Below, piece by piece: positions 18,096 through 38,530 of a stretch of 64,000 nt of DNA. The stretch is from the human T2T-CHM13v2.0 reference genome, Homo sapiens, in NCBI RefSeq assembly GCF_009914755.1, contig NC_060931.1, one strand, 5' to 3'. Both the position numbers and the translations under genes were made by a program. The notes below the pieces were generated by a model, which did not search any database, was not told where the DNA came from, and worked only from the letters and a program-made list of their open reading frames with translations. Position 1 is the stretch's first letter. Every line of letters begins with the position of its first letter.

Positions 18096-19175
18096 GCCTG
18101 CGGGGCTCTCCCGGTGCTGCTGCTGCTGCTGCCGCCGCCGGGCGGCCGGAGCTACCGGCAGCCCGATGCACGGGAAATGCAGGAGAGCGGGCACCCTCAG
18201 GACCACGGGGAAGGCCGAGGGGAGGCACGGGGCGGGTGGAGCCAGCCTGAGCCTAGGCGCGCCCTCTGGCACCCACTCAGGCTCGGTACTAGGCGCTTGG
18301 AGTGTAAAGCGAGCAAACCAGACGACTCCGGTGCTGGAGAAGGCCCGAGTCTGGGAGCGCCAAGATGTAGGGCAATCGGTCATGAGAGTGCAGAGAAGCC
18401 AAACCAAAAAGCTTGCTGGGGACCCGGAGGGAGGGGATTGACAGGTCAAAGGGGGTGACCTGGGGGGAGGGGGACACTCAGGCTGGGTTTTGAAGGATGA
18501 ATGGGAGTTCGTAGCAAGGGAGTGAGGGCGCGCGGTTGAAGGACAGAAGCCTTCGGGAGGCTGAGGCAGGTGGATCGCCTGATGTCAGAAATTTGAGACC
18601 AGCCTGGTCAACGTGGTGAAACCCTGCCTCTACTAAAAATACAAAAGTTAGCAGGGCATGCTGGTGAGTGACTGTAATCTCAGCTACTCAGGAGGCTGAG
18701 GCAGGAGAATCGCTTGAACCTGGGAGGCGGAGGTTGCAGTGAGCTGAGATTGCACCACTGACTCCAGCCTAGGCAATAGAGTGAGAGTTCATCTCGAAGA
18801 AACAAAACAAACACAGTACAAACCAAAAAACAAAACCCAGCTGGGTGCAGTGGCTCACGCCTATCATCCCAGCATGTTGAGAGGCTTGAGTTGGGCAGAT
18901 CACTTGAGGTCAAGAGTTCAAGACTAACCTGGTCAACATGGTGAGATCCCGTCTCTACTAAAATTACAAAAAAATTAGCTGGGAACGGTCGCATGTGCCT
19001 GTAATCCCAGCTACTAGGGAGGCTGAGGCAGGAGAATCACCTCAACCTGGGAGATGGCAGTTGCAGTAAGCCAAGATGGCGACACTGCACTCCAGCCTGG
19101 GCGACAGAGTGAGTGAGACTATGTCTCAAAGAAACAAAAAAAAAAAAGAAAGAAAAATCTCCAAGTATGTTTGGA

Positions 19176-19281
19176 AGAGGTTGACCAACTGCCCTGATTT
19201 TCCTGGGACCAAGGAGAATTTCAAGATGTAAGACTTTCATTTTCGAAACCAGGACACTCTCCAGGAAGACAAGTTGGTCAC
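19176..19281. mobile_element. MER94-like (hAT-Blackjack) relic
   Basis: Inverted termini ttgaccaact...agttggtcac. Confidence 0.5.
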
Positions 19282-19484
19282 AGGACTTTGAAACGATTTA
19301 CTTATGTAAATCTATGAACTCTAAATACAGATCGAGTATTGTGAATGAAAATTGAGCATCCAAACTGAGATGTGCTATCGTGTAAAATGAACCCTGGATT
19401 GCAAAGATTATTATGAAAAAACTTTATTTTATTAATAATTTAAAAATATTGATTGTATGTTGAAACACTTTTTTTTTTTTCTGA

Positions 19485-19592
<108 letters not shown>

Positions 19593-19700
19593 TAGCTGAG
19601 ATTACAGGCATGCGCTACCACGCCCAGCTAATTTTTTTATAGCAGAGACAGGGTTTCACTGTGTTGGCCAGGCTAGTCTGGAACCCCTGACCTCAAGTGA

Positions 19701-19880
<180 letters not shown>

Positions 19881-20106
19881 TGAGTACAAGTGCGCATCAT
19901 CATGCCCAGCTAATTTTTGTATTTTTGGTAGAGACGGGGTTTCACCATGTTGACCAGGCTTGTCTCGAACTCCTGACCTCAGGTGATCTGCCTGCCTCAG
20001 CCTCACAGAGTGCTGGGATTACAGATGTGAACCACTGTGCCTGGCCAAAATGCTAATATTTTGGCAGCACTTTGGGAGGTCGAGGCAGGCGGATCACTTG
20101 AGTTCA

Positions 20107-20448
<342 letters not shown>

Positions 20449-20865
20449 CTACTGTTAGTCCACACTTCGTCTGACCTAGTGGCCTTCTGTGCATGGCGGC
20501 CACCCAGCATAGATTTTGATGATTTCCCATGTCACAAGCCCTGTCTTCACAAGGTGAGCTTCTGCAGCCTCCCTGTGGCTAAGATGCAGGCACATCACAC
20601 CTGTGTATGGCTCAGGTTCAGAAGTGAGCAAAAGGTGCATGGATGGGATTTCAGAGAAGGCAGCAGGGATTTGTCTGGTAACAATTACTATATACTACAT
20701 AGCTCACACTTAGTGGAGAAAAATGACAAAATAGCCCGGTGCAGTGGCTTATGCCTCTAAGCACGGTGGCTCATGCCTGTAATCCCAACAACTTGGGAGG
20801 CTGAGATGGGAGGATTGCTTGAGACCAGGAGTTTGTGACTAGCAAGATCCTATCTTAAAACATTA

Positions 20866-21024
<159 letters not shown>

Positions 21025-21026
21025 TC

Positions 21027-21210
21027 AAAAAGAAAGAATGAAAGAAAAGAAAGACAAAAGAAAGAAATGAAAAGCCAAAGAAAGAAAAGAAAGATGAAAG
21101 AAAGAAAGAAAAGAAAGATGAAAGAAAACAAGAGAGAGAGAGAAAGAGAAAGAAAAAGAAAGAAAGAAAAAGAAAGAGGAAGAAAGAAAAAGCAGGAAGG
21201 AAGGAAAATA
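21027..21210. repeat. (GAAA)n polypurine tract at an Alu tail
   Basis: Direct. Confidence 0.9.
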
Positions 21211-21229
21211 GGAAATGACATTATATTAA

Positions 21230-21619
<390 letters not shown>

Positions 21620-21794
21620 TAGCTGGGTCTACAGGCACACACCACCACACCTGGCTAATATTTGTATTTTTTGGTAGAGATGGGGTTTCATCATGTTGCC
21701 CAGACTGGTCTCAAACTCCTGATCCCAAGTGATTCTCCCACCTCTGCCTCCCAAAGTGTTAGAATTACAGGTGTGGGCCACCGTGCCTGGCCTG

Positions 21795-23148
21795 AACTCA
21801 CGAATTCTATAGGTTGTGAATTCAGACAGGGCCTGTGAGAAGTTTGTCTTTGCTCTGTGGTATCTGGCCTTTACTTGGAAAGGCTTGAATGCTGGCGGTG
21901 ATTTGGATGCCTGGGGGCTGGGGTTGCCTGGAAGCTTCTTTACTCTGTGTCTGAAGCCTGGTTGATGGGTGCCTCTCTCCATGGGGCTAGGGCTTCTCAC
22001 AGCTTGGCAGCTGGATTCCCAGAGAGGACATTGCAGGGAGAGTCTGGAGAGCAAATGTGCCAAGAAAGTCAGCTGGAAGCCACATGGCCTTTTATGACTT
22101 AACCTCAGAAATCAAGCTGGGTGCGGTGACTGCTGGATGCGGTGGCTCAAGCCTGTAATCCCAGCCCTTTGAGAGGCTGAGTTGGGCGGATCATTTGAGA
22201 CCAGGAGTTTGACACCAGCCTGGCCAACATGGTGAAACTCTGTCTCTACTAAAAATACAAAAATTAGCTGGGTGTGGTGGTGCGTGCCTATAATCCCAGC
22301 ACTTTGCGAGGCTGAGGCGGGCAGATCACTTGAGGCCAGGAGTTTGACGCCAGCCTGGTCAAGATGGTGAAACTCTGTCTCTGCTAAAAATACAAAAATT
22401 AGCCAGGCGTGCTGGTGCATGTCTACAGTCTCAGCTACTCGGGAGCTGAAGCATGAGAATTGCTTGAACCCAGGAGGCAGAGGTTGCAGTGAGCCGAGAT
22501 TGTGCCACTGCACTCCAGCCTGGGCAACGGAGCAAGACTCCATCTCAAAACAACACACAAAAAAAGAAATCATAGGGATGTCACCTGCATGGTATTCTCT
22601 GGGTTGAAACAGGTGCAACCCCAGCTTGAGTTAGGGGAGGGGGCTGATATAGTCTGAATATTTGTCCCCTCTAAATCTCGTGTTGAAATGTGATCCCCAA
22701 TATTGGAGATGAGGCCAAGTGGGAGGTGTTTGGGTCATGGGGGCAGATGCCTCATGAATGGCTTGGTGCCCTCCCTGTGGTAATGAGTGAATTCTTGCTC
22801 TATTCACATGAGAGCTGGATCTTTAGAAGAACCTGGCATGTCTGTTGCTCACCACGTGATCTTGTCGGCCCGCCTTCATCTTCCACTATGATAGGAGGCT
22901 TCCTGCGGTCCTCACTAGCAGCAGATGCTGGCACCATGCTTCTTGCACAGCCTGCAGAACCACGAGCCAAATACACCTCTTTCCTTTATAAATCACCCAG
23001 CCTCAGGTATTCCTTTATAGCAACAAAAATAGATTAAGACAGGGTCATAGACCCTGCTTCTTGATGGAGGAGTGACAAAGTTACTTTGTGGAAGAGCATG
23101 TTGGATGAAGTTACTATTGCAGCCATTTTGGGAAAATACAACTCGCCA
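21795..23148 (-). mobile_element. Old MLT1 LTR (K/L-like) interrupted by Alus and the MSTB element
   Basis: cagcttggcagctggattcc...ccttttatgacttaacctcagaa and atagaccctgcttcttgatggg...gcagccatt motifs. Confidence 0.6.
22645..23041 (+). mobile_element. MaLR solo LTR (MSTB-like)
   Basis: TGATATAGTCTGAATATTTGTCCCC start, CTTTATAGCAAC...TAAGACA end; TSD ggggc/gggtc. Confidence 0.85.
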
Positions 23149-23814
23149 TTTAGAAACGTGAAGTCCTGGAGAAGGTGTGGCTGTGGAAGCTGCCACAGCT
23201 TCATTTTCTTTCTGCCTGCCTGCCTGCCTGCCTGCCTCTCTCCCTCTCTCTCTCTTTTTTTTTTGAGACAGAGTCTCGCTCTGTTGCCCAGGCTGGAGTT
23301 CAGTGGTGTGATCCTGGCTCACTGCAATCTCCGCTTCCTGGATTCAAGTGATTCTCATGCCTTAGCCTCCCAAGTAGCTGGGACTACAGGCGCCCACCAC
23401 CACACCCAGCTAATTTTTGTATAGTAGAGATGGGGGTTCACCATGTTGGCTAGGCTGGTCTCGAACTCCTGACCTTAAGTGATCCACCCACCTCAGCCTC
23501 CCAAAGTGCTGGGATTACAGGCGTCAGCCACTGTGCCTGGCCCACAGCTTCATTTTCTTATCAGGCCAGTTCTGCCCCACGGTGCTGGGTAAGGGTCCTA
23601 GAACTTTAAGCCTAGACTTTATTTCTTCAGCTTTCCAAAAGATCCTGTTCTCTTTTCAATGTTTTAAAATTAAGCTTTTTGGCCAGGTACTATAGCTCAT
23701 GTCTGTAATCTCTGCACTTTGGGAGGCCAAGGTGGGAGGATCGCTCGAGGCCAGGAGTTTGTGACAAGTTTGGCCAATACAGTGAAACCTTGTCTCTATA
23801 AAATAAATAAATAA

Positions 23815-24628
<814 letters not shown>

Positions 24629-25070
24629 TGACATTTAGTAGTAATGTCTTCTTAGGCTCCTCTTGGCTGTGATAGTTTACAAAAAAAAAATTAATTTTCT
24701 TTGAGACAGTCTCACTCTGTCACTCAGGCTGGAGAGTAGTGGTGTGATCATAGCTCACTGCAGCCTCAATCTCCTGGGCTCAAGTGATCCTCCCTCCTCA
24801 GCCTCCCATATTTTTAATACAGACAGGGTTTCACCATGTTGGCTAGGCTGGTCTTGAACTCCTGACCGCAGGTGATCTGACCTCAGGTGATCTGCCCGCC
24901 TCGGACTCCCAAAGTGCTGGGATTACTGGTAGGAGCCACCACACTTGGCCAGTTTACTTGATATTTTAAAAATAAATTCCTCTGCTATGTAAACTGACCA
25001 GAATGGATTCTGTTGATTGCAACTAAGACCCATAACTGATACAGTTGGCATTCAAGCCTCACGCTGGCTA

Positions 25071-25074
<4 letters not shown>

Positions 25075-25120
<46 letters not shown>
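25075..25120. repeat. (TG)~23 microsatellite
   Basis: Direct. Confidence 0.97.
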
Positions 25121-25121
<1 letters not shown>

Positions 25122-25273
25122 TAGAAATGGAGTCTTGCTATGTTGCCCAGGCTGGTCTCAAACTCCTGGCCTCAAGTGATCCTCCTGCCTTGGCTTCCGA
25201 AGAGCTGGGATGACGGTGTGAGCCACCACACCTGGTCAGTTTATTTGACATATTAAAAATAAATTTGTGGCTA

Positions 25274-25577
<304 letters not shown>

Positions 25578-26309
25578 TCATTTCTTTGCTATGTAGACTG
25601 ACCAGAGTAGATTCTGTTGCTTGCAGCTAAGACCCATAACTGATGTACTTGGCATTCAAGGCTCACTGTGGTGTGGTCTTTGCTTACATCTCTGGTCCCA
25701 TCTGCCACTATTCCCAGCCTAGTACTTTACCTTCCAGTGAGAGATCTCTCTCCTTCTTCCATACTCTCTCATGGCCTCTGACTCTTGTACAGGCTGACAG
25801 ATCCATATTTATTTCACCTCTGTCATCACCTCCTCTGGGAAGCTTTCTGTGATTTTTCCCAGCAGCGTGGGGTGCCTGCCTCTCACCTGTATGTCCACAG
25901 TTCTTCGGGGCAGGGCCATATGCTCGTTAAAATCATGGTTTCTGGCCAGGTATGGTGGCTTATGCCTGTAATCTCAGCACTTTGGGAGGCCAAGCGGGCG
26001 GATCACTTTGAAGTCAGGTGTTCAAGACCAGACTGGCCAATATGGCAAAACCCCTCTACTAAAAATACAAAAATTAGCTGGGTGTGGTGGTTTATGCTTG
26101 TAATCCCAGCTACTTGGGAGGCTGAGGCAGGCAAATCACTTGATCACTTGAACCTAGGTGGTGGAGGTTGCAGTGAGTGGAGATTGTACCACTACACTAC
26201 AGCCTGGGCAACAGAGACTGTCTCAAAAAAAAAAAAAAAAAAAAAAGGCCGGGCGCTGTGGCTCACGCCTGTAATCCCAGCAGTTTGGGAGGCCTAGGCG
26301 GGCAGATCA

Positions 26310-26858
<549 letters not shown>

Positions 26859-26942
26859 TCAAAAAAAAAAAAAAAATCGTGGTCTCTGATGTCAGACATA
26901 GCTGAGTTCTGACACTGCCTTCTTCTAGCTGTGTGGTTTTAG

Positions 26943-27200
<258 letters not shown>

Positions 27201-27692
27201 TGATCTCGAACTCCTGACCTCAAGTGATCTGCCTGCCTTGGCCTCCTAAAGTATTTTATTATCTTTTTTTTAAAAAAGAGATGGAGGTTTTACTAAGTTG
27301 CCCAGGCTGGTCTTGAATTCCTGGACTCAAACAATCCTCCTGCTTTGGCCTCCCAAAGTGCTGGGATTACGGTCATGGATGTGATTACCACCACACCCGG
27401 CCTGAACACACCGTTTAATCTCTGTGAATGCTCTTTTCCTCCTAGGTAAAACAGCATAATAAGAGTTCCTGACTCATAGGTTGCAACAAAAACTGAAGAA
27501 AATGCTAAAAAGTGCACAGCATGGCCGGGCACAGTGGCTCGCGCCTGTAATCTCAGCACTTTGGGAGGGCGAGGTGGGCGGATCACGAGGTCAAGAGATT
27601 GAGACCATCCTGGCCAACATGGTGAAACCCCGTCTCTACTAAAAATACAAAAATTAGCCAGGCGTGGTGGAGGGCACCTGTAATCCCAGCTA

Positions 27693-27830
<138 letters not shown>

Positions 27831-28047
27831 TCAAAAAAAAAAAAAGCAAACAGCACACAAATTAGGCCCATGGTCAATGTTAGCTGTGGTCATTCCTATG
27901 ATCATGCCCAGAAGCCCTGACCTGTCATTCGTGGCATGAAGTTGAAATGGTCCGATTCCATGGGGGCTGTCACTTCCCTTATACCAGTTGCTTAGCTCCA
28001 GGATGGCAGAGGCCACTCCTTTTTCATCTTTCTATTCTCAGAGTTGA

Positions 28048-28704
<657 letters not shown>

Positions 28705-29067
28705 TAGTAGAGATGGGGTTTCACCATGTTAGCCAGGATGGTCTCAATCTCCTGACCTCATGATCCACCCGCCTCGGCCTCCCAAAGTGCTGGGATTACA
28801 GGCGTGAGCCACCGCGCCCAGCTAATTTTTGTATTTTTAGTAGAGATGGAGTTTTACCATGTTGGTCAGGCTGGTCTTGAACTCCTGACTTTAGATGATC
28901 CATCCGCCTTGGCCTCCCAAAGTACTGGGATTACAGGCATGAGCCACTGCACCCAGTCTAACCTGGGTTTCAATCCCAGCTGTGTGGCTTGCATCCTGTG
29001 TGAACCTTGGTGGAGTTGTTTCCCTCTCTGTGCCTCATTTCCTTATCTGCTAGTTTGGCCTGACACA

Positions 29068-29216
29068 CAGGACCGGCTACGTAATTTGCAGGGCCCGTTC
29101 CAAAATGAAACTTGAGGGCTCTTGTTGAAAAATTATTAAGGATTTCAAAATGGCCACCGTACAGCATGAAACCGAGTGTGTAATTGCATGGCTCATGCCC
29201 CCTGAGACCGGCTCTG
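29068..29216 (+). mobile_element. MER45A-like hAT MITE
   Basis: Terminal inverted repeats caggaccgg...ccggctctg; 8-bp TSD ctgacaca/ctgacact. Confidence 0.7.
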
Positions 29217-29314
29217 CTGACACTCACCCAGAGTACGTGCTGGTTTTTTCCTATCTTGCTCAGTGCTCTGTCCACAGTCCCTAGAACAGTAGGTACAGAC
29301 TGAATACATGTTTA

Positions 29315-29494
<180 letters not shown>

Positions 29495-29674
29495 TCAGGA
29501 GGCTGAGGCAGGAGAATTACTTGAACCTGGGAGGTGGAGGTTGCAGTCAGCAGACATCGAGGCATTGCACTCCAGCCTGGGTGACAGAGCAAGAATCCAT
29601 CTAAAAAAAAAAAAAGTTTATTGAATAAACAAACAAATAAATAACTAAATGGGCACTTTAAAATACAAATATTA

Positions 29675-30288
<614 letters not shown>

Positions 30289-30471
30289 TGAAAATTCTCA
30301 TTGATTGTCCATCATATGTTGCTTCTCTGTGATTTTCTGCTGTTTTTCTAAAACTTCCATTAGCCCTATGTTGCAATCCCTCCATCTTTCTCCCATTTCT
30401 CATAATTGCTCTTTTGTGAATTTCATCTTTGGTTCCTAGTGCTCTTGTGTTGGTCTGGACCCTTCTAGTAA

Positions 30472-30873
<402 letters not shown>

Positions 30874-30984
30874 TAGCTCACTGCAACCCCCAACTCCTGA
30901 CTTCAAGAGATCATTTCTCCTCAGTCTTCAGAGCAGCCGGGACTACAGGTGCATGCTACCATGCCTGGCTAAGGTTTCTCTCAA

Positions 30985-31400
30985 AAGTGACACTGAGATC
31001 TGAAGGGTGGCAAAATGTCATTTAGGAACAGGGGAAGATAGGGCTGGGGGAGTCCTCCAGGCAATAGAAACAGGATTTATGAAGATGAGATGGTGCCTGA
31101 CACAAAGGGCTGGGATGGGTGCAGATTGGAAGCCACCAGAAGGCTCTAGCCCAAGAGAAGACTTGACACATTGGCAGATTCTTCTGGCTGCCTTGTGGAG
31201 TAGAGGACAGGAGAAGGTCAAGGGCAGGGGTGGGGAATCCAGCCTGGAAGTGACTGCAGCCTAGCTGAGAGAGCCGTGGTGGCCAGGACCAGTGAGGCAG
31301 CAGCGTGGATGGAGAGAGAGGAGGGATGCAGAGATGTTTAGGACATGAGCTGGCTGGTGATGGATAGCATGGGGCAGGCTGGTGGTGGTAAGGGGTCCAG
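30985..31400 (-). mobile_element. L2 fragment
   Basis: agattcttctggctgccttgtggag...ggtggccaggaccag...gatggagagag...agagatgtttagga. Confidence 0.55.
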
Positions 31401-31687
31401 GGTCCAGCTGCCACTAGGAGGGTGGGTAGGTTTGGGCACAAGCCCTTGTCTTTCTGATCCTTGTTCAGGTGAGATCCCCCTGCACAGATTTCACCTGCTT
31501 TTTTTTTTTTTCCTGAGCCATTTCAGACTGCCTCCTGGGGATGCGGTCTGCATGATTTTATTTATTTATTTATTTATTTAGACAGAGTCTTGCTCTGTTA
31601 CCCAGGCTGGAGTGCAGTGGTGCGATCTCGACTCACTGCAACCTCCGCCTCCTGGGTTCAAGTGATCCTCCTGATTCAGCCTCCTGA

Positions 31688-31948
<261 letters not shown>

Positions 31949-32319
31949 TAAGTCCATTCTTCTGGACTTTTGCTCCAGCTGTGATGAACACTATGCTTCT
32001 ACCTCAGTCCTGAGCCTGGACCCAGCTGTGCAAGCCTGGCCAGACCCCTCTCCCAGGGCTGGACACCAATTTCATGTCTTCAGGTCCTACTGTAATCTAA
32101 ACAGGCTACCCAGAAGAGAATCCTGCCCCAGTCCAAGTGTGAGCAGACCTGGAGACTCTGGTGCTGAACTGTACCCCCTGATGGCCAGCCTGGATGTCAC
32201 CTCTATCCTGCTTGAGCCAGGCTCCCCAGATCCCTGGACCACCTCCACTCCAGACCAGACACTGGGGAAGCTGCTGGTCCCACACCATTTCTGAGTTTTC
32301 TCCTCTATCCTTCTGCTTA

Positions 32320-33500
<1,181 letters not shown>

Positions 33501-33766
33501 CTTCCCTCCAGCTCTGGCCACCGGCTCCTGCTGGTGTGATGTTCTTGTTCTAAAAACAGATATGTCACACCTCAAGCAGATTTGCAGTCCCTTGACAGCA
33601 GCCTCTAAAGGACCTCTGCCTCTCTGCATGGCTTCCCAGGGCCCCGGAGAACAGTGAGGGCCAGTCCAAGGGGGCTGCTCCAGAGGGCAGCACAGCCCCG
33701 GACTCCATCTCCCCAGCCCCTGTGGGGAGGGGAATATTCCTGGAGTGGGAACCCAGTTGGTCTTAG

Positions 33767-34075
<309 letters not shown>

Positions 34076-34876
34076 TGATCCGCCTGTCTTGGCCTCCCAA
34101 AGTGTTGAGGTTACAGGCGTGAGCCACTGCACTGGGCTACCACCCAGCCACTTGGTTCCTCTGGGTGACAAGATTCAACATGTCCCTGAGGCTAGGGAAT
34201 TTCTGTTCAGAGCAGGGAGACCCTATCATCAGAGAGGAGCCTCCCACTTCAGGAATCCTGAGGCCCATGGAGCCTGGGTACCCTCTCTACTCTTCTCCCA
34301 GAAGGTATTTGCCCCAGGCACTTTGCAGACCAACCAGGAAGCATGGCAGAAGGCCAGGAATGGCTGGGGGCTGGTGGGAAGGATCAGGCCTGGCCCAGGC
34401 ATTGCTGCTCTAGGGTCTCAAGGGTTCCCTGTCACTTTGGCCATTCTTCTGTTGCTAGTGTTCCTGGGCCCTTGGCAGCTGGGATCATTGCGGCCTCCCC
34501 ACTGGGGGTGCTGGGGCCAGTCCTAGCCAGGGCAGAGAGTGGGTCAGCCGTCTCAGCTCCTTGAGTGGTTGGTGCTGGTACTGGTCTCATGGTTTTAGAC
34601 CTGGCACCCAGTGGGTATGGGGAGCCGTGGGCACCTGTGGGCCTACTTATGGAAGTCATCCTCTTCCCTTATCAGGTACTGCCAACCCTGTGGTGCAGCT
34701 GCTGCCTCAGTTTCCCTTTGTGTTCCAGGTCCCCACTGTGGCAGTTGCTCTTCCCTGAGATCCAGCCAGTGGAGCCGAGTCCCTGGTGTCTTGCTGACTT
34801 CCTGCCAGCCCCTGAACCCAGAACTCTCTCTTTCCCTTGGCCACTGGCTAGGAGCCTCTACCACTGAAAAAACTCA

Positions 34877-35062
<186 letters not shown>

Positions 35063-35312
35063 TTACTTGAGCCTGGGAGGTTGAGGCTGCAGTGAGCTAT
35101 GAGGGGTGCCACTGTACTCCAGCCTGGGAGACAGAGTATGACCCTGTCTCAGTAACCAAAACCAAAACCAAACAAACAAACAAAAAAGGAAAAAACCCTC
35201 ATTTTCCTTCCCTGTTAATATGGGTGATAATGCCCACTCTATAGAGTTGTTGGAAGGCATACTGATAGCATTTTTACGCATTTGACACTCCCTGGTAGAT
35301 AGCAGGTGCTCA

Positions 35313-35495
<183 letters not shown>

Positions 35496-36330
35496 TCAGG
35501 AAGCTGAGGCAGGAGAACAACTTGAACCCAGGAGGTGGAGGTTGCAGTGAGCCATTGCACTCCAGCCTGGGCAACAACAGTGAAACTCTGTCTCAAAAAA
35601 AAAAAAAAGTGACAATGATCATTCCTGGTGTTAACAACAGACGTCCTTTTTTGGGGGGGTGGGGGACAGAATCTCCCGTTGCCCAGGCTGGAGTGCAGAG
35701 ACACGATCTTGGCTCACTGCAAGCTCCGCCTCCTGGGATCACGCCATTCTCCTGCCTCAGCCTCCTGAATAGCTGGGACTACAGGCAGCTGCCAACACGT
35801 CCAGCTAATTTTTTGTATTTTTAGTAGAGACAGGGTTTCACCGTGTCAGCCAGGATGGTCTCGATCTCCTGACCTTGTGATCTGCATGCCTTGGCCTCCC
35901 AGAGTGCTGGGATTATAGGTGTGAGCCACCGCGCCCAGCCAATAACAGACTTATCTTTCTGCCTCTCACCTGACTCTGAGAGACTTTTGCTGCCATGATC
36001 TCTACATCTGAACTCCTCCCGAGAGCAGAGCTGCCCAGAAGGACCATCTGTGGTGATGGAAATGTTCTATGAATGCACCATCCAATATGCTGGCCACTTG
36101 AACACACGTGGTCCTGGCCCTTGTGGGCACTGGAATTGTGAGCAGCGTGACTGAGTATCTTAGTCTATTTGGGCTTCTGTTACAGAAAACCATAGGCTGG
36201 GTGGCTTAACAACACACATTTCTCTCTCACAATTCCAAGATTGAGGAACCAGCAGATTGGTGTCTGGTGAGGGCCCACTTCCTGGTTTGTGGATGGCTGT
36301 CTTCTCCCTGTATCCTCACATGATGGGGAG

Positions 36331-37707
<1,377 letters not shown>

Positions 37708-37916
37708 GGGAGAGAGGAAGCAAGCTCTGTGATGACTCTTCTCGAAAGGCTGCTAATCCCATCAAGTGAATTCCACCCTTATAACCTCATCTCAACGTGA
37801 TCACCTCCCAAACTTCTTGCCTCCAAATACCATCACATTGGGAGTTAGGAGTTTGACATATGAATTTTGGAGAGTCCACAAACATTCTGCCTGTAACACT
37901 AGAAATGAAATTTTGA

Positions 37917-38042
<126 letters not shown>

Positions 38043-38308
38043 TGAATAGTTGGGACTATAGGCACCCACCACCATGCCTGGCTAATGTTTTTTGTATTTT
38101 TAGTAGAGACAAGGTTTCACCATGTTGGCCAGCCTGGTCTTGAACTCCTGACCTCAAGTGATCCTCCCACCTCGGCCTCCCAAAGTGCTGGGATTACAGG
38201 GTGAGCCAGCGAACTTGGCCTTCCTTTAATTTTAATCAATTTAAATGTAAAGAGCTGCATGTAGCTAGGAGCTACTGAATTGGACAGCACAGCCTTAAGG
38301 AGAGTGGA

Positions 38309-38530
38309 AATCAGCTGAATCCAGTTGAAACAGGAGTTAAATCAGTTGGAGCCAGCCAACATTGGATGACCTTGGCTGAAACCACCTGAAACTGGTTGAA
38401 AGGAGCCACAAACTGTTCACAACCAGCTGAAGCTGAATTAACCTGGCTGAAACTGGATGAAGTCATTTGAAACCAGCTGAAACTGGATCAAACCAGCTGG
38501 CAGTGGTTGAAACCAGATGAAATCATTTAA
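38309..38530. repeat. Degenerate 10-bp-period minisatellite (~22 units; aaccagctga / aactggatga)
   Basis: Directly visible periodicity. Confidence 0.8.

Larger units (their letters stand above)
17170..18540. promoter_or_regulatory. CpG island promoter of CASTOR3P
   Basis: Very high GC and CpG density, multiple GGGGCGGGG boxes, Alu-free, contains exon 1. Confidence 0.9.

Noticed and set aside
17208-18449. 294-aa and 319-aa ORFs across the CpG island
   Set aside because: Explained by stop-codon scarcity in GC-rich DNA; only the CASTOR exon portion is recognisable.
32150-32180. DSGAEL resembling a retroviral protease active site
   Set aside because: The preceding hydrophobic residues are missing and there is no flanking gag/pol similarity.
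38309-38530. CRISPR-like or coding interpretation of the decamer array
   Set aside because: No spacers, eukaryotic context, and the 10-bp period is not a multiple of three.
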